A program made the position numbers and the translations under genes. The notes beneath the pieces were generated by a model, which did not search any database, had not been told where the DNA came from, and saw nothing but the letters and a program-made list of their open reading frames with translations. From positions 1,899 to 65,898 of the forward strand of contig DASRGL010000431.1 of assembly GCA_035651115.1 (NCBI GenBank): DNA of 64,000 bases, in the 5' to 3' direction. How positions within the stretch are numbered: the stretch's first letter is position 1; every line of letters starts with the position of its first letter. Below are positions 46,959-56,327 of the stretch, one piece after another. This stretch comes from Chthonomonadaceae bacterium (GTDB taxonomy: Bacteria > Armatimonadota > Chthonomonadetes > Chthonomonadales > Chthonomonadaceae).

Positions 46959-47231
46959 ATGAGTTGGATCGCCTGGATTATCGTCGGCCTGGTGGCCGGT
47001 TTTCTTGCCAAACTGATCATGCCCGGCACACGCGATGAGCCTTCGGGCTTCCTGGGGACGCTGATCCTCGGTATCGTCGGCGCGGTGCTTGGCGGCTGGA
47101 TCTGGAACCTGGTGCTGAACAAGCCCGGTGCGACCGGCATTGACATCGGAAGCATCTTCGTCGCGTTCGTGGGTTCCTGTATCCTGATCGGTCTGCTGCG
47201 ACTGTTTGATCGCGGCCGAACCGTATCCTAG
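46959..47231 (+). CDS. GlsB/YeaQ/YmgE (transglycosylase-associated) small membrane protein
   Basis: MSWIAWIIVGLVAGFLAKLIMPG...LGIVGAVLGGW. AAAGGAG RBS. Confidence 0.85.
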   Translation: MSWIAWIIVGLVAGFLAKLIMPGTRDEPSGFLGTLILGIVGAVLGGWIWNLVLNKPGATGIDIGSIFVAFVGSCILIGLLRLFDRGRTVS

Positions 47232-47264
47232 CCAGGTACGCTCTGAAAGAGCTTCAAAAAACGA

Positions 47265-47298
47265 CAGCAGGCTCGGAAGATTTCTTCCGGGCCTGCTG
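47265..47298. terminator. Bidirectional intrinsic terminator
   Basis: CAGCAGGCTCGGAAG-ATTT-CTTCCGGGCCTGCTG. TGTTTGT follows on the plus strand. CGTTTTTTG follows on the minus strand. Confidence 0.7.
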
Positions 47299-47321
47299 TG
47301 TTTGTCGCTGTGCCGGACGCA

Positions 47322-48467
47322 TCAGCCCAGTTTCGCCATCTCCGCCTTCAGATGCTCGATGGCCTGCATATTCGTCGGGCAGACGCCGTACAGATAGGCC
47401 AGGTAGACGCTGACGAAATCCCCGAAGTAGAGCAGATGGAACAGACGGGTCAGCAGCGCGCTGCCCTCCGCCCACACCTCGTGAACCTCCGTCTCCTTCC
47501 CGATTAGTTCCTTCGTGACCGTGATGCGATGCGCGATGCGCGGCGAGGCGGAAACCTCCTCCGGGTCGCGCAGGAAGATGGTGGCCCAGGTCTGTGCCTG
47601 CTGACGCGCCAGCGCCCAACCCAGGATCTCGTTATGGTTCTGTTCCGGGAAGATGTTGGCAAAGGCGTGAATCTTGGTGTTCTCGTTGAACTGGCCCTTC
47701 CAGCGCAGGGCGACCGCGCCCCGATAGCCCTGCGAGCCGTAGAGGATGGGCAGCTTGCCGTGCAGCGCGACCGCCAGTCGTTTGGCCGGGTTCTGCGCGG
47801 TCGGGACATCGGGGCCGAGTCTGTCGGGCAGCGTTGCGAGGTGCGCCAACGTCTCCGCGATGTCGCCGGTCAGGTCGCGGGCCAGCAGGCGGCGGTGCAT
47901 CAGATAGCCGAGCAGCGGGAAAAACATATAGCCGGTAGCCGAGCGCGGCGGCTGCCCGCCCGGCACGCGCGCCATCGGGATGCCGTCTGCCTGCGCCAAC
48001 TCGCCGAGCCTGCCGCCGCTCGTGACGACGGCGCGCTGCGCGCCCGCCGCTTGTGCCGCTCCGTAGGCCGCCAATGTCTCTTCCGTATTGCCGGAGTAGG
48101 AGGCCGCGATGACGAGCGTCTGCGGGCCGACATAGCGCGGCAGCGTGTAGTCCCGATTGACGAGGAGCGGCACAGAGCCGTATTCGTCCATCAGGCAGCG
48201 CGCGAAATCGCCGCCGATGGCAGAGCCGCCCAGTCCAGTGACGACGACCTGCCGTATCTCCGGCCGGCCCGCCGGTTCGGGGCCGAACCGCTCTCCGATA
48301 GCGACCGCCTCGCGGCACTGCTGCGGCAGTTTCAGCACCAGGCCCATCATGTCCTGCGGATCGGCGGCGCGATAGCGTTCCGGGTCGGTCAGCGTGTCCA
48401 GTAGGGGATGCGGAGTCTGCGTCACAAGCGTACTTCCTCCAGAGCCGTAACCTCTTCTCTTCGGCAC
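47322..48467 (-). CDS. Bifunctional phosphoglucose/phosphomannose isomerase (SIS domains)
   Basis: VVVTGLGGSAIGGDF, ASYSGNTEET, GQPPRSATGY. The start may be a few codons downstream of the track start. Confidence 0.8.
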   Translation of the reverse strand: MPKRRGYGSGGSTLVTQTPHPLLDTLTDPERYRAADPQDMMGLVLKLPQQCREAVAIGERFGPEPAGRPEIRQVVVTGLGGSAIGGDFARCLMDEYGSVPLLVNRDYTLPRYVGPQTLVIAASYSGNTEETLAAYGAAQAAGAQRAVVTSGGRLGELAQADGIPMARVPGGQPPRSATGYMFFPLLGYLMHRRLLARDLTGDIAETLAHLATLPDRLGPDVPTAQNPAKRLAVALHGKLPILYGSQGYRGAVALRWKGQFNENTKIHAFANIFPEQNHNEILGWALARQQAQTWATIFLRDPEEVSASPRIAHRITVTKELIGKETEVHEVWAEGSALLTRLFHLLYFGDFVSVYLAYLYGVCPTNMQAIEHLKAEMAKLG

Positions 48468-48601
48468 GGCAGCCGAACGCCCTCAAGCTTCGGCAGAACC
48501 GCAAGGTTTTCCTGCGTGCAGGAATACGGCCCTGTTCGCCGAATCAGCAAGCAGACCACCTTCATCTGCGCACTCTAGACTTTCGGGAAGGAGATTCGGC
48601 G

Positions 48602-51124
48602 ATGCACGACTACGAACCGCTCGATCTATCCGCATTCTGCAATGCCGGGCCGGAGATCTACCGATCCGGGCGCAAACCGGCCACCGGCGCACAGACGTTT
48701 CACGGCCTGCCGTTCCGCATCGGCGAGGGCGACCGCTGCTTTCTGGCGTTCGGCGCGGAGGCTCCGCGCCGCTCGGAACCGCTCGCGCTGCCCATCGAGA
48801 AAGCGGCGCGGCGCGTCCTCTTCGCCCATGTCCTGCTCGAAAGCTACCTGCACGAAGGCGAGCCGGTGGGCCGCGAAGTCGCGCGCTACGCCTTCATCTT
48901 CCAGGATGGCGAGCGCGTAGAGGTTCCCATCCGGGAGCGATTCGAGATCGCGGTCGTGCCGACCGGCTGGGGCGAAATGCCGTTCCTGGCGGTTCCCGAC
49001 CAGAAAGACGGCCTGGCGGATCGCTATCATGGCGACTGGGGGGCCAGCGGCATCCGGCAGACCGAGGCGCGGCAGGCCTGGCCGCGCGACTACTATCTCT
49101 GGGCCTGGCAGAACCCCCGCCCCGATGTTCCCCTCGCGCGCATTGAGATCACGCCTGCTTCCCCGACGCCCAACGCCCAACACCCGACCCCCGGCTTTGT
49201 GATCGCCGCCCTCACGCTCGGCCATGCGGACGAGGAGCCGTTTTTCCGGCACGCGGGCCTGCCCATCAAGCTGATCCTGCCGAAGCCGGAGGATGCCGCC
49301 GCGCCGTTCGCGCTGGCCGTCGAGGTGGATCGCGGCATTGCCACCTATCCCTACGCCTTGCCGGAACAGTCCGCCGGCGCCTTCCTCGCCGACCCGCAGC
49401 GGGGCTGGGGCGAGAAGCTGAACCAGGCCAACAGCCCGGCCTACGTCGAGGTCGCCGCCATTCCCTCCGCGACCGTCACCGTCAAGCGCGGCGAGGAGGC
49501 CATCGGCAGCGCGAAGTGGGGCGAGTTGGAAGAGAAGCGTGTCGTGGAGACGGATCGCGTCCGCTTCGAAGTCGTAGACACCGGGCGCAACTGGGTGCAT
49601 ACGACCGTGCTGGACGACGATACGGGCAAGCCGGTTCCCTGCCGCGTCCATTTCCGCACGCCGGATGGCATCCCCTACGCGCCGCACGGCCATCATCCGC
49701 ACGTCCACTCGAACCTGGGTACCTGGCACATTGACGTGGGCGGCGATGTGCGGATGGGACAGATCTCTTACGCCTATATTGACGGCAAATGTCAGGGCTG
49801 GCTGCCGCGCGGCGAGGTGATCGTGGATGTGGCGCGTGGCTACGAGTACGAGCCGCTCCGCGCGAAGGTCGAGATCAAGCCGGGACAGCGCGAACTGACC
49901 CTGCGCCTCAAGCGCAACCATAACCTGAACGCCGAACGCTACTTCAGCGGCGACACGCACGTCCATTTCCTCTCCACGCAGGGCGCGCTGACCGAGGCCG
50001 CCGCCGAAGACCTGGACGTGGTGAATCTGCTGCTGTCGCAGTGGGGCCATCTCTTTACGAACACGGAGGAGTTCACCGGACGCCCCGCCCCCTCCGCCGA
50101 CGGCGAGACCATCGTCTACGCGACGCAGGAGAACCGGCAGCACCTTCTCGGCCACCTGACGCTGCTCGGCCTGAAGGAGCCGGTCATGCCCTGGTGTTCG
50201 GACGGCCCCAGCGAGGCGGAACTGGGCGGCAATCTGGAGACGACGCTCTCCCACTGGGCGGACGCCTGCCATGCGCAGGGCGGCACGGTCGTCATTCCCC
50301 ATATTCCCAACCCCAACGGCGAACCGGCCGCCCTCATCGCCACCGGACGCGCCGACGCTGTCGAGTTCCTGGTGCATAACCCCTTCTTCCATCTGGAGTA
50401 CTACCGCTACCTCAACGGCGGCTATCGTCTGCCACTCGCCGGGGGAACCGACAAGATGGACAGCGGCGTGCCGGTCGGACTCTACCGCACCTACGCCTAT
50501 ATCCCGCCCGACGAGCCGTTCACCTACGACAACTGGTGCAAGGCGCTAAGAAGCGGCAACACCTTCCACTCCGGCGGGCCGCTCCTCCGGTTTACAGTCA
50601 ACGGCCAGCCCATCGGCAGCACGATTACGCTCGGCAGGGACGGCGGCACGGTCGAGGTCGAGGCGGTCGCCACCAGTATCTTCCCCATCCACACCCTGGA
50701 GATCGTGCAGGGCGGGCATGTGGTCGCCTCGACGGAAGAGGCCAATGGCGCGCGGGAGCTGCGCCTGCGCACGACGCTCAAGATCGAGCAAGCCTCCTGG
50801 CTGTGCGCCCGCTGCGCCGGGCCGGGCTACACCTCGATCAAGCACCACGATAGCTGGGGCCGGGGCATCATGGCGCACACCTCGCCCATCTACCTGGCCT
50901 GCGGCGGCGACTACGATGTGTTCCAGCCGGAGACGGCCCACTATATGCTGACCCTGCTGGACGGCAGCGTGCAGTACATTCGCAAGCGCGCTCCGCAGTG
51001 GCATCCCGGCACGGTGACGCACCATCACGGGGAGGCCGACCACCTGGCGTTCCTGGAGCGTCCGTTCCAGGAGGCGATTGCTGCCGTTCACAAGAAGCTG
51101 CACGATCACGGCATCCCCCACTGA
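48602..51124 (+). CDS. Large protein with a CehA/McbA-type (PHP-like) metallohydrolase domain; the N-terminal ~300 aa are unassigned
   Basis: YFSGDTHVHF ... LGHLTLLG ... VVIPHIPNPNGE pattern. GGAAGGAG RBS. Confidence 0.5.
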   Translation: MHDYEPLDLSAFCNAGPEIYRSGRKPATGAQTFHGLPFRIGEGDRCFLAFGAEAPRRSEPLALPIEKAARRVLFAHVLLESYLHEGEPVGREVARYAFIFQDGERVEVPIRERFEIAVVPTGWGEMPFLAVPDQKDGLADRYHGDWGASGIRQTEARQAWPRDYYLWAWQNPRPDVPLARIEITPASPTPNAQHPTPGFVIAALTLGHADEEPFFRHAGLPIKLILPKPEDAAAPFALAVEVDRGIATYPYALPEQSAGAFLADPQRGWGEKLNQANSPAYVEVAAIPSATVTVKRGEEAIGSAKWGELEEKRVVETDRVRFEVVDTGRNWVHTTVLDDDTGKPVPCRVHFRTPDGIPYAPHGHHPHVHSNLGTWHIDVGGDVRMGQISYAYIDGKCQGWLPRGEVIVDVARGYEYEPLRAKVEIKPGQRELTLRLKRNHNLNAERYFSGDTHVHFLSTQGALTEAAAEDLDVVNLLLSQWGHLFTNTEEFTGRPAPSADGETIVYATQENRQHLLGHLTLLGLKEPVMPWCSDGPSEAELGGNLETTLSHWADACHAQGGTVVIPHIPNPNGEPAALIATGRADAVEFLVHNPFFHLEYYRYLNGGYRLPLAGGTDKMDSGVPVGLYRTYAYIPPDEPFTYDNWCKALRSGNTFHSGGPLLRFTVNGQPIGSTITLGRDGGTVEVEAVATSIFPIHTLEIVQGGHVVASTEEANGARELRLRTTLKIEQASWLCARCAGPGYTSIKHHDSWGRGIMAHTSPIYLACGGDYDVFQPETAHYMLTLLDGSVQYIRKRAPQWHPGTVTHHHGEADHLAFLERPFQEAIAAVHKKLHDHGIPH

Positions 51125-51410
51125 GCGCGAGAATAGCCGTAACAGCCTCTCTCGCCTCCACTGACAAGTACCCAAGAGACAGGGAGCGGGACGGACAGTA
51201 TAAATCGTCAAAGGCGGGTTGAGAATTCGCTTCTCAACTCGCCTCTGGTTGTTCTATCGCACAAGAAAGCGCAGACACAGGCGCGTTTTCAGGTTGGGGC
51301 GGCTCGAATTCCCGTGATTTCACCAGACCTATCGGCGCGCTTTGGCCCGAAAGTTGCTGTCTTCTGGAATCGGTGAGATTGATGTGGTCGGCAGTAAGGA
51401 GTAGTCTGTT

Positions 51411-51902
51411 ATGCAGCGAAGTCTGGCAATTCTAAATCTGATGGTGGTGCTGGGCGGTATTGGGGCTACCACACTGGGCCGCGCACAGAAGAGCAATATC
51501 GCTCCCCTTCCCCCCCTCGTCATCCATACCGAACAGGAGCGCCAGGAGAAGGCGAAGGCAGCGTATGCTGCCGTCCCCAATAAGAGGGCGGGGAGTCCGA
51601 ATCCGCCCTCGGACTCCCCGCGTCGTGTCGCGCGCAAAGGTGACGTCAGCGCCCCCGTCGTCACGCTCTGCGCGCTTCACGCCGGAAGGACCGTCTCCGG
51701 CCCCAAAAGTCGCGTTTTCCGACCACTCCTTCCTGAACATTCCCTCTTGCGCGTCTTGCTATGTCAAGCAGGGCGCGGAGACAGCCCCGCCTCCTTGTCG
51801 AAGGAAGCGCGATGCGCCGTTGCCGCCGACATGTCCCCCATCGCTGGCAGCCGCGCGTTCCATTTACAGTGTTACGGCTTTCGCGCCCTGCTACCTCACT
51901 AA
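51411..51902 (+). CDS. Doubtful ORF: signal peptide followed by low-complexity sequence
   Basis: TAAGGAG lies 8 nt before ATG 51411. MQRSLAILNLMVVLGGIGATTLGRAQ looks like a signal peptide. The remainder is not protein-like and may be decayed. Confidence 0.3.
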   Translation: MQRSLAILNLMVVLGGIGATTLGRAQKSNIAPLPPLVIHTEQERQEKAKAAYAAVPNKRAGSPNPPSDSPRRVARKGDVSAPVVTLCALHAGRTVSGPKSRVFRPLLPEHSLLRVLLCQAGRGDSPASLSKEARCAVAADMSPIAGSRAFHLQCYGFRALLPH

Positions 51903-52280
51903 ACGCAGGCGACAGCCGCATGTGACAGACCGTATCAAACAGGGGGTTTTGCCTCCATCCCCAGAGCCTCCCCTGTTCCTGGGGTGCAGGGGGCGGATAT
52001 GCAGAGGTGGCGATGGAATGAAATTCCATCGCTTGGCGGCCTGCGGATACGGTGCAGGTTGGCGGCTGGTACGTATCCTCGCAGGGCGAGTACGGAGCAG
52101 AACGCTGCCAGGCCATGTAATGGAAGCTATCTGTGGCGAGAGGACAGACCGGAAGTGTATGCTGTGTCCGCAGAGCTTGTCCTGAGCGCAGCGCCACACA
52201 GCGAAGGGATTTAGCCCATCGTACAACAGGGTGTCCGTCCCCGAAGTTCTCAGGAGGAGGCTGGGGAGGAGGGCGCTGCC

Positions 52281-52697
52281 TTACCGAACAGGGGGGTAGT
52301 GTTCCACGTCAAGGCCCGGGCCATCAGTGACCGGGCCGAGACATTCCTTGCGTATCTGCTGAACGAGGGATTTGGGAGCGAGACGCGGCAGCAGCAGCGC
52401 GCCCAGCAGCGCCGGGCCGAGGATCATCTCCAGCCCGTCTAGGGTGACGAAGGGAACGCCGAGCAGTGGGAGCAGCAGTCCCCACAAGCCTTCCAGCGGC
52501 AGTTCGAGCGCGATGAGCGCGGCGACAAGCGCCGCGCCCAGTCCGACCGCCAGCAGCTTCGCACCCGGCGGAACGCGCCGATCCCGAAAGAGCGCGAACC
52601 CGAACCGGATGTCCAGCGCGCCCCCGCTTCCGGCGTGGCGCGCAGCCGCCTTATGGGCCATGCGCCCGCCGAGCAGGCGCAGCAAGAGTCGCAGCAT
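52281..52697 (-). CDS. Hypothetical membrane protein
   Basis: GGAGG RBS. Two or three hydrophobic helices (LLAVGLGAALVAALIALELPL, LWGLLLPLLGVPFV). Confidence 0.45.
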   Translation of the reverse strand: MLRLLLRLLGGRMAHKAAARHAGSGGALDIRFGFALFRDRRVPPGAKLLAVGLGAALVAALIALELPLEGLWGLLLPLLGVPFVTLDGLEMILGPALLGALLLPRLAPKSLVQQIRKECLGPVTDGPGLDVEHYPPVR

Positions 52698-53490
52698 GAA
52701 TTTCGTACCTCCAGCGTCCTATACGACTTTGGGGAGGAACGGGTTTCGCCGTCGGGACGCGAGGAACGGGGGCGGGTTGCGGGGAGGCGAACAGAAAGCC
52801 CTTCCGATGTCTGGGCAACATCGGAAGGGCTTCGGTCTTTGGCCTGGAGAGGTTTCCAGAGCCTTGTGCGGTATGCTATCTCGTTCGGCGCTTCGATAAG
52901 ACTTGGATTTGGGGCGCATATTCGTTGCGCATGGCGTCTCGCGTTTACCGACCCGGTTGGCGATTCCAGGATTTCGCTGCCGGGGGTACGGCGACTTTAA
53001 TCACGTCTCGTCTCTACGCCTGGAGATTCTAAAATGTCCGGTGGAGTCACTACCTACACTCCTTTCAGGTGGTTGGCCCACGAAGGGCAGAGTAGTTGTG
53101 TTCTCTGTTTCGTATGGCACCTCCTCATGGGACAGTTTTTTGCCCGTCACCTGCTGCACCCGCTTTTTGTGACGGAACTCAGCGTTTCGACTCTTTTGCC
53201 TTACACCTACTATTATATTCCCTGATTCGCTCTCTGGTCAACCTTTTCGCTACTATTCGATCTGGTCCTTTGGTAACAAGACGAACGTATACCATACGTA
53301 CCATACTCGTGAACTTCTGGGGCGGCTGTCATGGTCGGGAAGCTGCCAGGCGGGCCGCATCGTAGTGAAAGGTAAGCGCCGGCACGCCTGGCGCAGCCGA
53401 ATGCGCCTCTGCCGCGCACGCAGACGACCTCGCTGGCAAGCGGCTTTTGGAACGAGTGAGGCAACGCAACGCGGACTGAACGCAGACCTG

Positions 53491-53617
53491 CCCCGGCTAT
53501 AAAAGCCGGGTCTGAGGAGCCTGCGGCTGACCGTCCTCCCGGACGGGCCATTGAATTTCCCGTCCGGGAGGACGGTTGGCCGTCAGGCCCACGAGACGGG
53601 TCTTTTATAGGCCCGGC
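53491..53617. repeat. Type D element, short palindromic variant (127 nt)
   Basis: ~58-nt inverted arms (CCCCGGCTATAAAAGCCGGGTCTGAGGAGCCTGCGGCTGACCGTCCTCCCGGACGGG) around the loop CCATTGAATTT. Shares the GGCCAACCGTCC core and the GTCT junction with copies 1 and 2. Confidence 0.8.
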
Positions 53618-53673
53618 AATCTGTTGTGCGCGCCGCCCTGAGTCATTTCTTCCCTCCCTGCGATACAGCGTTT

Positions 53674-54960
53674 TCAGCCTGCACGTGTCGGAAAGACTTC
53701 GTGGGCGTTGCCGCGCATGATCCGCTCGACCAGAGGCGGAATCTCTTCCAGGGCGATCCAGCCCTCGGCGACGAGTTCGGAGAGCGCCTGCGTAAGCCCC
53801 TGGCGCGCGACGCGGCTGTGGCCGTAGACCGTCTCGACGGAGACGTAGTCGCCGCCGAAGGTGAACAGCTTGTTGGCGGGCGCGGCCATCAGGAACTCCT
53901 TGACGAAGCGCACGCCCGCCATCGGGTTGATGATCCAGGCCCAGCACAGGTCAATGTAGGCGTTGGGGTAGTGCTTGGCGAGCGCGATGAACTCGTCCTG
54001 ATAGGGGTAGCCGATGTGCATCAGGACGAATTTGGTGTCCGGGAAGTCTTTGAGGAGCGGGCAGAGATCGCCTGCGTTCTGGCGCAGGCGGGCAAGCGGC
54101 ATTCCGCCGTGTCCGGCGTAGTAGCCGGTATGCAGCTTGACCGGCAGGCCATACTCGGTCGCCTTGCCGACGCAGTAGCGGAACAGATGGTCTTGCAGCG
54201 TCTTGAGTTCCTCCGGAGCCAGCTTCTCGTCCTTCGCATGGCGCGCGAACAGGGGTTCGGCCTGCTCTTTCGGCACGGCCTCGTAGTCCAGGCGGCGGGA
54301 ATAGGCGCTCTGGTTCTTGACGGCGACGGCGCGCGGCCCGTAGGTCGCGAAGTACCAGTCTATGATCTCCAGCCAGCCGTCGAGCGTCGTGGCGGTTTTG
54401 CCGGAGTCCTGCTCGATCTGCTTCAAATCCGGCCCGGTGCTGAGGGCGACGAAGCTCAGGTCTTGCGGCAGCAGGTCGGGCTGTTCCGTCTCCATAAAGA
54501 TGCGCTGAAGCGAGTTGACCTGGCAGTTTTCGAGATTGCTGCGCTCGCGCAGTATCTCCCGATAGAAACCCGGCTTTACCAGCGCCTTATACTGCTCCGC
54601 AAGGATGGGCGCGCTCTCCTGCGTCAACTCGTTCACGCCGTAGAGCTCGCGCAGCGTGCGCCGGACGGCCTGCGCGTAGCCCGTGTGGATCGTGCGCTCC
54701 CAGTAGGGCGCGACGAGACGGTATTTCTCCTCGGCACAGACCTCCGGCGCGAGGAAACGCTGATAGGCCGCGCCCGGCATCCCGGCGTTGACCAGATCGC
54801 TGCCGAGATAGTGCATAAAGAGGTAGGCCCAGTCGTCGCAGGGGAACCGCCCGCCGTCTATCGCACCCGCGACGCGCTGGCTCTCCTCGATCAGATGTTC
54901 GTGCGTGTCCACGAACGGGGTCTGCTCGACCCAATCGCGTATCTGGCTCTCTATAGACAT
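53674..54960 (-). CDS. Amidohydrolase_2-type TIM-barrel metal-dependent hydrolase (uronate-isomerase-like)
   Basis: FVDTHEHL near the N-terminus. VLMHIGYPY and FGGDY toward the C-terminus. ATG 54960 follows AGGAGG; the track start 55038 lies inside the repeat. Confidence 0.8.
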   Translation of the reverse strand: MSIESQIRDWVEQTPFVDTHEHLIEESQRVAGAIDGGRFPCDDWAYLFMHYLGSDLVNAGMPGAAYQRFLAPEVCAEEKYRLVAPYWERTIHTGYAQAVRRTLRELYGVNELTQESAPILAEQYKALVKPGFYREILRERSNLENCQVNSLQRIFMETEQPDLLPQDLSFVALSTGPDLKQIEQDSGKTATTLDGWLEIIDWYFATYGPRAVAVKNQSAYSRRLDYEAVPKEQAEPLFARHAKDEKLAPEELKTLQDHLFRYCVGKATEYGLPVKLHTGYYAGHGGMPLARLRQNAGDLCPLLKDFPDTKFVLMHIGYPYQDEFIALAKHYPNAYIDLCWAWIINPMAGVRFVKEFLMAAPANKLFTFGGDYVSVETVYGHSRVARQGLTQALSELVAEGWIALEEIPPLVERIMRGNAHEVFPTRAG

Positions 54961-54998
54961 GGATGTTCCTCCTGAGCGAATTGTACTACAATAAGTGA

Positions 54999-55184
54999 TC
55001 GGGTACATAACGTACCCGTCTGAGTGGCTTACGGCCAACCGTCCTCACGGACGGGGTAGGTACTGTATGCTTCTCTCGTCGTATCGCACTTGCCTGCATA
55101 CGACGGAGAAGACTTTGAAAACGGATGCGTCCGGTAGGACGCTCGTCGGCATAGCGGACACCTAGACGGGTACATTATGTACCC
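54999..55184. repeat. Type D structured element, full-length copy 2 (~186 nt)
   Basis: GGGTAC-ATAAC-GTACCC, CCGTCC-TCAC-GGACGG, CGTCGTAT-CGCACTTGCCTGC-ATACGACG, GCGTCC-GGTA-GGACGC, GGGTAC-ATTAT-GTACCC. Confidence 0.8.
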
Positions 55185-55211
55185 AGAACTGCACCATGAG
55201 AAATGGGCGAA

Positions 55212-56327
55212 TCAGAGCTTCCTGCGCACCTGATCCACGAAGACCGTCAGCACGATGACGCCGCCGAGGATGACCGGCTGCAAGGTATCCTTGATGCCGA
55301 CGAGAACCAGGCCCGCCTGAATCACGGTGATGGTGAGCGCGCCCACCAGCGCGCCGATGATCGAACCCTGTCCCCCGCTCAGACTCGTGCCGCCGATGAC
55401 GACCGCCGCGATCGCGTCGAGTTCTGCTCCGGTTCCCGCGTTCGTGTCCGCGACGCCGAACTTGGCCGTGACCAGCACGGCTCCGATGCCCGCCGCCAGC
55501 CCGGAGAGCATGTAGGCCAGCGTCTTGTAACCGGCCACGTTGACGCCGGTGAGCCGGGACGCCTGCTCGTTGCCGCCGATAGCCAGGATATAGCGGCCCG
55601 CACGGGTGCGAGTGAGCAGGAGCGCGCCCGCCACGACGACCGCGAAGGTGATGAGCAGCAGAGGCGTCCCCTGTCCCAGCGCCAGGAAGCGCGGCACACG
55701 GGCCGGAACGCTGCTGCCGTCCGTCGCATAGAGAGTCAGGCCGCGCGCCGCACTCATCATGCCGAGCGTCATCACGAACGAGGGAACGCGCCCGACCGAC
55801 ACGATACCGCCGTTGACCAGCCCGCACGCCACCCCTACCAGCAGCGCGACCAGGATCGCGCCCTCGACCTTGACGCCGCCCGCCAGCCCTTTCGCCGCCG
55901 CGAATCCGCCGACCCCCTCCGCAAGAAGAAACACGCTTATGAGGATACTCGTTCGCGTTCGGGAGGGCAGCGCCCGAAGGCGGGGCGCGACCAGCCAGGC
56001 GATCAGCGCCGCGCCAGGCAAGGCGACCACGAACGCCATCCAGCCGGGCAGCGTGCCGTAGAGCGCCATCGCCAGGCTGACTCCAGAAAGCGCCAGCACC
56101 GAGCCGACGGAGAGATCAATGCCCGCCGTCAGAATGACGAACGACATGCCGACCGCCAGCACGATGTTTCGCGCCGACTGCTGCAGCACGTTGGGCAGAT
56201 AACTCTGTGTCCAGAAGGTCTGGCGGAAATCCGCGCGCAGCGAGAAGAGCGCGCAGACCAGCGCCAGCATCAGCCAGGGACGCAGAGAACCGGACAGCGC
56301 CCGCCATACGCTCCGGCCCTCTCTCAC
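55212..56327 (-). CDS. Sugar ABC transporter permease (RbsC/XylH-like)
   Basis: VILTAGIDLSVGSV and GGNEQASRLTGVNV motifs. GTG 56327 overlaps the upstream stop (GTGA); ATG 56270 is the alternative. The 691-aa track ORF is an overextension. Confidence 0.85.
   Translation of the reverse strand: MREGRSVWRALSGSLRPWLMLALVCALFSLRADFRQTFWTQSYLPNVLQQSARNIVLAVGMSFVILTAGIDLSVGSVLALSGVSLAMALYGTLPGWMAFVVALPGAALIAWLVAPRLRALPSRTRTSILISVFLLAEGVGGFAAAKGLAGGVKVEGAILVALLVGVACGLVNGGIVSVGRVPSFVMTLGMMSAARGLTLYATDGSSVPARVPRFLALGQGTPLLLITFAVVVAGALLLTRTRAGRYILAIGGNEQASRLTGVNVAGYKTLAYMLSGLAAGIGAVLVTAKFGVADTNAGTGAELDAIAAVVIGGTSLSGGQGSIIGALVGALTITVIQAGLVLVGIKDTLQPVILGGVIVLTVFVDQVRRKL

Noticed and set aside
52700-53490. 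tmRNA, RNase P RNA, SRP RNA or 6S RNA in the lower-GC ORF-free stretch
   Set aside because: On either strand there is no GGGG...TTCGAC 5' end, no tag ORF ending in LAA-stop, and no tRNA-like 3' arm. There is also no GAGGAAAGTCCGG or ACAGAACCCGGCTTA, and no GGAAGCAGCC SRP motif. The region is kept as an unassigned finding instead.
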